From Spirogloea muscicola (Eukaryota): 31,148 bases of DNA. This document shows, in pieces, positions 21,501 to 31,148 of the stretch; within the stretch, counting starts at the first letter, position 1, and the number at the start of each line of letters is the position of its first letter. The stretch covers positions 1,121,623-1,152,770 of the forward strand of contig WELB01000020.1 in NCBI GenBank assembly GCA_009602725.1. Reading direction: 5' to 3'. The notes beneath the pieces were generated by a model, which was not told the origin of the DNA, searched no databases, and saw only the letters and a list, made by a program, of their open reading frames with translations. The position numbers and the translations under genes are program-made.

Positions 21501-22792
21501 GCTGTTCAAAATCGCCCTCTTTGACAGCCTGCTCAAAAAGCAGCAGCAGCAAATTATACCAGTGATAAGTAAGATAGATCCTGAAGTTCTAAGAAAGCAA
21601 GTGATACGCCTACCCACTTAGCCTCAGTACCCAAAAGTGCCTCCATGGTCGCATCCTTGCTCCTTGTTGTGGCCCGCGATGAGCGCAAGATTAGGAGATA
21701 TATCTAGGCACTTGATCAAAGGTACCACATAACTGCGTGAATATTTGTCAGACAGCCATCACCGAAGACCGTCTCTGATTTAAGCAAAGCATGTTGCTGT
21801 TGCATGCAGCGGCCATGGCTCCTGTGACTATAGCAAATACTACACTGCGGCCAATGGCACCATGTGTGGCTCTACGTCGGGAATGGGATGCGCTAACATG
21901 GCATGCAGGTGGGCATTAAGCACTGACGCTCACTCGCCATTCCACAATTTGAATAAGCCACCAGTCTTTCAGGACTCTGATCGTGTCCTCCTCCTTTGTC
22001 AGAGAGGCCCATTGCCTTTGCATCCATGCATAAACCTTCAGAGCTACTACCAGTGAGATGCTCTCATGCTTCCCACGTACTTGCTGTAATTGACAGTAAA
22101 CCTTCTGTTGCACTTGCTTTTCAGCGCCGGTCAATGTCAGATCTCGAATGTATATGCGAATGGCACCATCTGCGACATTCATAATCCCAATGCAATAGAT
22201 GACCGCTGCCAGGTCAGCTCGTGCAGGTAAGTGTTGCTGGTCTTGCCATGGTCGGTAGATTCTCATTGATGGTGTTCGATGCCTCTCGGTCCGATTGTCA
22301 TCATCAGGTAGTCATAGTTACCTCTTCAAAGAAGCATGCGGTCAGCTTGTCTTGGCAGCCTGGCTTCAAATGGTTGTTTGATTTGGTCATGTCACAGATG
22401 TTGCTCCTTGTCAGGTCTGCCGTACACCACATGACATTGTCATTAGTTACACACATCTGGTCTTGGCATCTCACATGTTCACTACTTTCTCCTTCATCTG
22501 CAGTAATGGTCAGTGCTCGAATGTCGTGAGCAACAAGCCAGCTGGCACTGTGTGCCTTCCAACACCTACCGGATACGAGGACAATGGCTATTTCTACATC
22601 GATGGAACCTGCGAAAGTGACGAATGCTGCGCCCATTGTGATGGTGCGGGTAGTTGTGATGAGAACATCAGAGACGGGTCGACATGCAACACATGCTCGA
22701 CTGGCAGTGGATGCGGAGAAGGGCCAAGCGGCTGCGAGCCCGATGGCTGTTCCTGTCACAGGACTCGTTGCACCTTCAACTATTTAATGTGA
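15593..22792 (+). CDS. Multi-exon gene: secreted plant-type LRR protein (LRRNT cap + ~10 LRRs) followed by Cys-rich repeats; no TM or kinase seen
   Basis: Exons: 15593-15673 (MAPWLLVIAAA…); 15812-15881 (RRLLSTHPD); 16022-~16174 (ALVSFK…LSSW…PC…WFGIEC); phase-2 LRR exons 16523-16594, 16708-16779, 16913-16984, 17225-17296, 17494-17565, 17764-17829, 17985-18059, 18324-18395 (mostly 72 nt, LxxNxLTGxIPxxIGNL); 18563-18783; Cys-rich exons 19227-19332, 19632-19700, 20320-20412, 20807-20902, 21810-21908, 22125-22226, 22504-22792. All flanked by AG/GT. The exon 3/4 phase is unresolved. Confidence 0.8.
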
Positions 22793-23741
22793 CAGAAATT
22801 AGCACAGGTTTTGGACACCTCTGAGGGCTTATGTAGTACCACGTACATGAGATAAGAGCAAGAGTAGGCTGAACAACCACAGAGCCACCTCGAAGATGGT
22901 GGTGCAGGTTCACATTGCTAAGACAATGGGCACAACTGTGAAACGTGTGCTGAAGTTCACAGGCGCCTCTCTCTCTTTAGGCAATGCATCTGCGTCGTGA
23001 GGTCCATGGGGCAAGCAAACAATTACTGCATTTGCGGTGAATTTATTCGTTGGATTTTAACTGGACTGGATTATGGGATTGGAATTGGAATGGAGTTCAA
23101 TCAGTATGGAGCCGAATCTCTCTGAGTCCAAAAAGTCAAGCAGTAGGCAGGCCGCAATCGCCATAATTATCCCTCTATGTTGCTAAGAATCTGGGTGGTC
23201 AAATAAGGGTATAATCTCACATGAGCTTTTACTGCAATCGAGGAATGTCATTCAAGAGGAGCAGCGGCATGGGATACGTGCTATCATGTGCAGGAGGCAG
23301 AACGCATCTACGAGCATGCAGTCCTGTAGCGCGCTGAATTGGTGCACATACATCAATATCTTTGCCTCTGAGTTCATGCCACGACCGCTTGAGTTGGTCG
23401 AGATATAGGTTTGACTTGCAGTGTAGCCTCACTGTGTCATACTAGGTTGCGGTTGAGGTGACAAGTGCTGCTTCAGTAGAAGGAGCTCCTTGATGATCAG
23501 CATTCTGAAGGCTGAGCTAGAGCCACATCGTCGGCTCTTCATGTCGTTGTTGACAACAATCAGTGGTCATGTATGTGGGCAAGTATTTGTTCTGCTGTAC
23601 CTGCCCGAAATGGCGCTGTTGCGGTGGCCAGCGCTTTGAAGGTAGGGAGCGGAGCTGGCACTGTGCAGGATGTGAGTGTGGTGATCCGGTGCACCAGCGA
23701 CTAGGGCGGGGAGCCATGACTCAGCCCAGTAGGCCGTAGGA

Positions 23742-24226
23742 AGAAGGTGCTCGCCCATTGAGAAGAGGGGCTGCAAAGCCAACCCAAAAAGAATGGACAA
23801 TGTTCAACGCCAAAGAAAGAGGTGCTGAAAAAGGACTACACTACAAAGTGCAAGATGGTGCAGAGGGAGATGCAGATGGCTGCTCAGTATCCACGTGTGA
23901 GCAACAGCAGATCAGAGTAACTCGGAGCAGGAGAAGCGGCACTTTGCCGAGACCCGGAAGCAGCAGCCATAGCACGGCCAGCCCGCGCGTGGACCGCATG
24001 AGCCAAAGAGCGCTGCAGCGAGACCGCCAGCCTCATCCGAAAGACCTGCGAGAGGGAGCCGGCAGCATTGAAGCCTGGCGAACCCTGCCGCCGCTCGATG
24101 GCCTCCCGGGCAAGCCGCTGGAGGAGATCCAACCAGCCACTGCCAAATGCCCCGTGTACGTCAATGGCCAGTGCCGCGAAGGCATCGCCTGGAGGGTGGT
24201 CAGAGTACTTGCGCTCCTTACTCCGA
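23742..24226 (-). mobile_element. 5'-truncated copy of a related CRE-like subfamily, TSD GTAGGA
   Basis: Encodes KERKYSDHPPGDAFAALAIDVHGAFG…RMRLAVSLQRS…SDLLLLTRGY* (stop at 23884) plus a 3' UTR with the terminal motif. GTAGGA at 23736-23741 and 24227-24232; the paralogous site 27222-27230 (gcaggagcg) is empty. Confidence 0.9.
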
Positions 24227-24336
24227 GTAGGAGCGCTCCCTTGCGAAGAGAAGCAGCTTCCAAAGCGGGCGAAAAATGGTGAAATAACGAAACTAATGGA
24301 AAGAACAAAGAATGAAGTAGCTCTTCCAACGAAGGC

Positions 24337-24997
24337 GGGTTTGATGCGCGACGCCACGTACCCTGCGGTCGTGGAAATGAACAACATCATGCCTATCACC
24401 ACGGATGCCCAGGGACGTCATCATCGCCGCACACTTGACATTGTGGGCGTGCAATCTGGTGGAGGACCACGGCCTTGGTCGATGTTGTTGCTACGGAGGC
24501 ATATAAAGGTCCAGCATCGACGCACATCGCTGGCCACGCAGTCGGCTGTGCAGAACAAAGAAAGCTGCAGCTCTTCTCCAATACCCCCAATGCGATCAGC
24601 TCCTGCCAGCTGCAGTTGACATCTTTGGCTGTTTGGGTCCTCGTTTCCACACTCTCCTTCAGAATGTTGCCAATCTAGGCTATGCACGACGTGCAGATGT
24701 GTTTCCGGCTGGGATGGGCCTGCCAGCTGCATATCTGTCGTTCTTGCGACGACGCGTTTCGGCCTGTCTGCAGCTTGCTCAGGCTAATGCTTTGCACGAG
24801 AAAGTTGGGCGAGCTCTAGTTGGTGGTAGAAGGGCTTCATATCGGCCATCTGGTATTCAGGCATCGATTAGCGACTTTCATGTATTGACCCGTGGTAACT
24901 GAGCAGGTCAATCTGCTGTAGGTGATGTACGACTCTAGATGTGCTTGCCTTTGTACTTGGCCATTGGGCCTTTCTTTGTTTCAAAATAACGTAAATC
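24337..24997 (+). mobile_element. Decayed 5'-truncated copy of a more distant subfamily (RLE domain + 3' UTR)
   Basis: Frameshifted NIMPI…RRTLDIV / VDVVATEAY…AGHAVGCAEQRKL / RRRVSACLQLAQANALH…SISDFHVLTRGN* (24902). Flanked by an imperfect ~16-17 bp duplication (24321-24336 / 24998-25014). Confidence 0.82.
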
Positions 24998-25416
24998 CTC
25001 TTACAATGCGAGGCAACGGTTGTGAGAGGCCAGCCCAAAGCTTTAATTCTGGGCCGCAGCACCCTGCTGCCCATGGAGTTTTACGGTTAGTGCTAGGAAT
25101 GAATGGAGAGGTAGTTGAACGTGCAGAACCCCGTTCTGGATTACTTCATCGAGGTACAGAAAAATTGATCGAATGCAAGAGTTACTCACTAGCTTTGCCT
25201 TCTTTTGATCGTTAAGACTACGTTTCTATGGTGGCACAAGATCGTGTCCAAATTTGGAGTGTCTCAGGCACATTGGGCTTATTCTGAGTACGAGACAACC
25301 ATGCTGCTCCGGTGCGCCCTAGCTATGGCGGCCACTTCAGTGCAGGCGGAGCGTGTGCTAGCTGGTCCTTTCTGCCGCAATCTGCCGATATTCAGTCTGC
25401 ACCTCAACAGCTGAGT

Positions 25417-26336
25417 ATGTATGGAGAAACGCAACAAGATCGTTGTAGTAATATGACATGCAGGTGGGCACTAAGGACTGACGCTCACTTGCCATTCGAC
25501 AATCTGAATAGGCCACCAATCTTTCCGAACTCTGAACGTGTCATACTTCTCTGTCAGAAGAGGCCCCTTGCCTTCGCGTCCGCAGATGCCTTCAGAGCTA
25601 CCAGTGAGATGCTCTCATGCTTCCTGCATACTTGCTGTATGACAGTAAACCTTCTGGTGCATTCGCTATTCAGTGCTGGTGAATGTCAGATCTCCAGGGT
25701 AGCTCCAAGTGGCACCATCTGCGACATTTATAATACCAATGGAATAGATGAGCGCTGCCAGGTCAGCTCGTGCAGGTAAAGTTTGCTGGTCTACCATGGT
25801 CCGTACTTTCTCATTGCTGATGTGCGATGCCTCTCGGTCCGCTTCTCATCATCAGGGAGTCATGGTTACCTCTACGAAGAAGCATGCGGTCAGCCTGGCT
25901 TGGCAGCATGGGTTGGAATGGTTGTTTGATATGGTCATGTCACAGACATGTTGCTCCTTGTCAGGTCTGCATTATACCACGTGACATCGTCATTAGTATC
26001 AGTCTTTTGGTCTTGGAATCTCACATGTTTACTACCTTCTCCTTCATTTGCAGTAATGAAGAATGCTCGAATGTTGTGAGCAACAAGCCAGCTGGCACGG
26101 TGTGCCTTCCACCTCCTCAAAGGATTGGGAGTTATTACTACGTCGATGGAACCTGCAAAAGTGACGAATGCTGCTCCCATTGTGACGGGAGGGGTAGCCG
26201 CGATGAGAACATCAGAGACGGATTCAGTTGCAACACATGCTCGACCGGCAGTGAATGTGGAGAAGGGCCAAGTGGCTGCGAGCCCGGTGGCTGTGTTTGT
26301 CACAGGACTCGTTGCGCCTTTACCTATGGAACATGA
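25417..26336 (+). pseudogene. Duplicated 3' portion (last ~2.5 exons) of the LRR/Cys-rich gene
   Basis: Exons 25674-25775 and 26054-26336 are open and match 22125-22226 and 22504-22792, with homologous introns. The first duplicated exon lacks its 5' half, and one Cys is changed to Arg (GSCDEN to GSRDEN). Confidence 0.7.
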
Positions 26337-27396
26337 CAGAGTATGGCACAGGTTTTGAACAACTCGAAGGGCTGAATTAGCACCACTTACATGAGATAGA
26401 GCAAGAGAAGGCTGAGTAAATACAGAGCCAGCTCGAAGGTGATGGTGCAGGTTCGTAATGCTCAGGCAATGGGCACAACTGAAACTCTATATCGAAGTCC
26501 ATCGAAGTCCACAGGCAGCTCTCTCTCTTTTTGTAATGCAGCTGCTGCGTCCTGAGGTGCATGAGCACCGTGGGGCAAGCAAACCCTTACGGCAATAGAT
26601 TTGATCAGCCAACATCGTCTGATGTCTTAAAAGGGAAGCAGTAGGCAGGCCACATTGCAGTGATTTTGCTCTCATACTCTTAAGAAACTGGTGCCATAGA
26701 AGGTATAATATGATACGAGGTTGTACGAGTACTGCAGAATGGTCTTTCATTCAAGAGGAGCAGCGGCATGGAAGACGTGCTGTTATGTGCAGGAGGAGAA
26801 CGCTTCGTCTCTACAAACATGCACCTTTGTAGCGTGCTGCGTGGGTGCGCATCCATCAATGTCTGTTGCCGCTGCATTCATGCCATGATCGATTGAGTCG
26901 GTCGAGATATGGCTTTGACTTGCAATGTAGAATCGTGTCAGACTAGTTTGCGGCTGAGGCAAGAAGCATTGCTTCAAACGAAGGAGCTTCGTGACGATTA
27001 GCACATCGAAGGCTGAGCCGAGCCGCATCTTTGGCTCTTAGTGTCGACAACAATCATTGGTCATATATGTGGGCAAGTACTTGTTTTGCTGTAGCTGCAC
27101 AAAATGGCAGTGGCCAGCGCTTTGTAGGTAGAGAGCGAAGCTGACAATGTGCAGGATGTGAGTGTGGTGATACGGTGCACCAGCAACTAGGGTGGGGAGC
27201 CATGACTCAACCCAGTAGGCCGCAGGAGCGTAAACGCTGGCATTTGTTTCTTGTACACGGAATTTCAAAGGAGGAAAATAAATGAATTTTAAAAAAAACT
27301 TGAAAAAGATTAACAAAAGTAGCTCTTCCAATGCAAGGCAACGGCTGTGAGAGGCCAGTCCAATGCATTGTACAAGTACGGAGTGTCTCGGCACAT

Positions 27397-27507
27397 CAAC
27401 TAGAATGGAATGCGGCTGTTGATATAAAAGGAGCGGCTGTAAAATGCCAGCCAGGTGTATACAGGTGTCCGTGGTGGAGCCACAGGCTAGGCAGACAGGG
27501 CGCTCTT
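27397..27507 (-). mobile_element. 111-bp UTR-only insertion (subfamily C) with a perfect 15-bp TSD
   Basis: AGTGTCTCGGCACAT at 27382-27396 and 27508-27522. The insert matches the UTR at 15449-15553. The paralogous site ~25258-25273 is empty. Confidence 0.88.
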
Positions 27508-27519
27508 AGTGTCTCGGCA

Positions 27520-28550
27520 CATTGGACTTATCCTGAGCATGAGATGACCATGCTGCTCCGGTGCGCGCCCTAGCTATGGCGGCCACCCCCCCTGATTGCA
27601 GGCGGAGCGTGTGCTAATCTGGTCTTTACTGCCGCAATCTACCGATTTTCAGTCTGCACCTGTCACGTTTCCGCCGTTTGAGGGTGCCAACGGCGCGCGA
27701 TAACCTTACATGAGCGTAGCGTATCCACCGTTTGGAGTCCCAAACGGTGCGGGTAGCTTGGCTGCACTCCGTGTAGCTAAGTACGGTTCGAGGGTCCCGG
27801 GCTCCGTACCCTGTCCGCACGCCTCGGGCTCAAGCCCTGCAGGCCGGCCGGGTGGGTCAGCTCTCCCTCAGGACGGCGCCCCGCGGGCCGACCGGATTGA
27901 CCAGCTCTCTCGGCCTCATGGCTGCGTGGCCTCGGTCCTGTGTCCGCATGGCCTCAGTCCCTTGGCCCCGTGAGCCAGGCTATTGGCCTGGCGCTAGTCA
28001 CACTGCAGCGCGCCAGTCCCTTGGACTCGCGCGCCGGCCTCTTGGCGCTAGTCCCATGAACTCGCGCTACAGGCCTCTGGCCCTGTGTGCCAGCCTGTTG
28101 TATTTGTCGTGTCCCCTTGTCAGGCCCGCCCCTCCGGGCTGCGGGGGAGGGCCCTGGGGGCGACCCTCGTCATACCCTCAGGGGAGGGGTGGCAGGAGAA
28201 CCGCTATGAGTAGTGGGCCTTCGTCAGACTCGGGAGTCGACCAACGCCCGAGAGAGACACAGCCCTAGCCAGCCCCGCTGCTGCCCAGCCAGCCCCGCTG
28301 CTGCCTGCTGCTGCCGCCGCCGCCACAGCTCTGCTGCTGCCGGCTGCTGCCAGCCCGTCGCCGCAGCTCATCGCTGCGGGCCCTGCCGGCTCTTCGTAAG
28401 TCTATTGGTAGAGTCACCGCCCTAGGGCGGTGCCTCAGGGTAAGACTTCCGCTGCGCTCTGTGCGCGTATGTGCGTTGGCGTTCTCCTGTATGAGGGTTG
28501 TCTCCAAAACACCCTATGCTCGAATGCAAACCAGGACATTCTGACTCTAA
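27520..28550. repeat. Second copy of the unclassified ~1 kb repeat, with an internal degenerate ~35-bp minisatellite (~27950-28085)
   Basis: Same blocks as 4700-5830, plus recurring CAGTCCCTTGG and TGGCGCTAGTC units. Confidence 0.7.
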
Positions 28551-30643
28551 CTGTGTGATTAGAGCAGAGATGTCACAAAATCTCATCAGCAGAAGTTATA
28601 TGGATTGACAATTTCATGGAAGTGTACTCGCTAACTGGTGTCAATACAAAGATTGACTACAGTGGTGGTCTGACTTCATGCGCTTGACGATTTGCGTATC
28701 TTGCCGTGCAGATTCTTGACGGTTGCTCGTATTTGTCAATTTACAACGGCGACGAGGTGGCTGCAAACGTTGATATAATGGCGGACCACATCTTGATCTG
28801 TTGTTGAACAAGTCGTTAGCACGGCACCTCCGGCTCATCTTCGCTCCAGGCTTATACCCTGTCTACCCCCCACAGATGGCATCGGGGCACATCTATCATG
28901 CCGCCAGTGTTGCTAACATAGAAGACCACAAGATAGCCGAAAGCCCATGAACCCGCTATGCAGGGTGTGACCCACCTTGACGAGTTGTGGCGGGTACCGG
29001 CTAGACTGCGGCAGAGTAAGAAGGTAAATGGGTTGAAGTGATGGTCCTTGAACCGCAACTGAAGCAAAAAAGGCGATCCACCATAAACTCCACGTCGTCA
29101 CTAGATTCGCTAGTTAGTACATCTTGTAGATCTGTGGGTCACAGGCTATACTGGCCGCTGGGATCTGGAATATAAACGAAAGAAAGCTTTTCCAACAGGG
29201 GGCACTGGCTGTTAATGGCCAGGCCAAAGAAGTTTGGACAAGGTTCGAAGGGGCAGAAAGCACAAAATCATAATACTACGGCAGAGACTACAACGACTTG
29301 GTGTTCAGTAACGCCATGTCAGCAGCCGAGAGACAGAGTAGCGTAGGGATGACTGGCACATTCTGGTAGAATTGCAGAGCTTTTCTTAAGCGCAGCGTGC
29401 TGCGCTTGAGAGAGCTGGGTGTGATAGACTTGTGGGCTCCTAGAGGGCTCCTGGTCTGTGATGCTCTGAAGCTCATGATGGTCTGTAGCTGCACTTTGGA
29501 GGACGCCAGATACATAGTTGGAAGGTAAAGCGTGGCAGGTGCCAGCTTCGACACGGAACAAAGTTCCGCTGGCTCGCTCGCCACAGGTGTTCTGCATGTG
29601 CTCACCAGTCTCGCTCCAGCGTCCCAGGATATTGCCTGCACTTGCGGGCAGGCCGTGCTTTGGCAGCTGCTTCTGGGTAATGCCGTTGTAACACTTTTCG
29701 GGCAATCGTTTCTTCTGACTTGCAGCTGCTGACTGAGCACCCACTTGTAGTAGCCAATTGCGCAGCTGTGTGGTCTAGCGCTGCCACGTCGGGCTTTATC
29801 CTGATGCGACTGCTTTGCTCGGCTGCGCCCTAGCTATTTGGCCTTCCATTATTGCAATACACGTAAGTCCTTGCTGTAGCTACCGGCCAGGGGTGCCGCT
29901 CTGTGTGCGGCCAGGCGGCACCCGTGCTAGTCCAGTCTCTGTGTGCGGCTAGGCAGAGCTTTGCGCTACTCAGGCCTTGTGTGCTACCACACTGACCTCT
30001 GTGTGTCACAATGAGCGGAACTGCGCTTGCACCGCCAACACGAGGGCGGTCTGCTGGGTTTTGGAGAAGGGCAAACGCCCAATGGAGGACTCTGAGGGGG
30101 GAGGAGAAGGAGCTGAGAGGTTTGATTACAGAAGACAGGAGCAGGAGCAGTAGCAGCAAGATCAAGAAGACTTTCGACCACCCCCCCAGCCCAAGCACTA
30201 CGTGGACCACCGATGCAGCAGAGCTGCCAGCCATGCGCAACGACCGACCAGGCTCCACAGGAGCACCAGGCTCTGTAGGAGCCCTAGTCCGTTGGTTCGA
30301 GAAAGCGCAGCCAGCTAGCCAGATCCAAGGGCGGAGTCCTCGCTTCGGGACTTGGTTCAGTACTTTTGAGCTGTCGCCACTATGACATCGATAATTTGAA
30401 TATGCCTTATCATCGTTATGTGTCATTCCTTTATTTGACAAGATAGATTGAATGAAAGGCTTCTCTTCTGCCAACTCTATGATCTTGAGATGAGAAAAGA
30501 TTAAGAATGTTGAAGAAAAAACTCTAGTCGTGAAGATGACGTGAATTTCTCCACAGGGTATGTGGACTTTTGCTCATTAAGACATGTAGCCACTTGCATA
30601 ACTGTGTGGATTCGGCCTCTCCGACCATTTCCAGTTCCTATAA

Positions 30644-30830
30644 GCTGGCATTCCACAGCCCTCGCCGCCACTGGAAGAGCGACTTCCTTTCGCGCTGGCC
30701 GCTGGCAGCCATCGCCTTGCTTTGGTAGGGCTCTATCACTGTCAAAGTCGGTTGGTTGGTTGGTTGGTCGTTTGGTTGTTCTCTTTTTGGTGAGCTGGGC
30801 TTTGACAGCCCTCGCTGCCATCGTAAGAGC
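30644..30830 (+). repeat. Three co-oriented 3'-terminal motifs
   Basis: GCTGgcattccaCAGCCctcgccgccacTGGAAGAG (~30644); GCTGgccgctggCAGCCatcgccttgcttTGGTAGGG (~30694); GCTGggctttgaCAGCCctcgctgccatcGTAAGAG (~30794). Confidence 0.7.
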
Positions 30831-31148
30831 GGCCTTTGGTTCGGTTGTGCGGCCACGCCCATCCTTGACGTGCTCAGGTCGCCATGGGGTGAATGAGCGC
30901 CGAACGAGCTCAGTCGGAGCAACCGAGCACGTAGAGATGGAGCAGCGATGGCGGGGATGAGCGTGAGCTAGCGGGGCCAGGCCGCCGCAGTTACCGTCGG
31001 TACCAACGATGAGGCGACGGTAAATCGTGGACGTCTCTTAACGTTGCGGGCTCCGTCGAGCGCGGGCCGCAGGCCAGCCGCCCCCGGAGCCCCGCCGACA
31101 CGCACGTCACGCTGACCGGGGCTCCGGCTGACGTGGCACTTTGGGAGG

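Larger units (their letters stand above)
21862..27660 (+). repeat. Diverged tandem segmental duplication: ~21862-25402 versus ~25417-27660
   Basis: Colinear similarity through exons, introns and downstream DNA (23240-23740 vs 26745-27230; 24317-24336 vs 27320-27340; 25257-25402 vs 27381-27660). The copies differ mainly by retroelement insertions. Confidence 0.88.

Noticed and set aside
23240..23700. Host gene exons downstream of the LRR gene
   Set aside because: Coding-like, but with multiple stops in both duplicate copies and no identifiable family.
28600..29780. Transposase or other CDS remnant
   Set aside because: Short ORFs without catalytic motifs; the shared 15-mer GTGACCCACCTTGAC (4528 and 28967) alone is insufficient.

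Overview
Eukaryotic genomic DNA with GT-AG spliceosomal introns and plant-type LRR exons; a streptophyte alga or similar green plant is my inference. The centre holds an intact single-ORF non-LTR retrotransposon (2 N-terminal zinc fingers, RT, CCHC, restriction-like endonuclease; CRE-clade-like; ORF ~10477-14376), next to a near-identical 947-bp inverted copy of its own 3' end (9047-9993). Two spliced host genes can be built by hand: a secreted cupredoxin-fold protein with a Lys-rich tail (1608-2830, minus) and a secreted LRR + Cys-rich-repeat protein (15593-22792, plus), whose last exons and downstream DNA are tandemly duplicated (~25417-27660). The main unexplained structure is intergenic. 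About 30 copies of a 40-60 nt motif (GGCTG-loop-CAGCC hairpin, 11-12 nt, TGGNNGAG, pyrimidine tail) are the 3' termini of several diverged subfamilies of this retroelement. They lack poly(A), can be as short as ~36 nt, carry variable TSDs (three confirmed by empty paralogous sites), nest antisense into each other's terminal motif, and stack co-oriented just upstream of both host start codons. All alignments and counts were done by eye.
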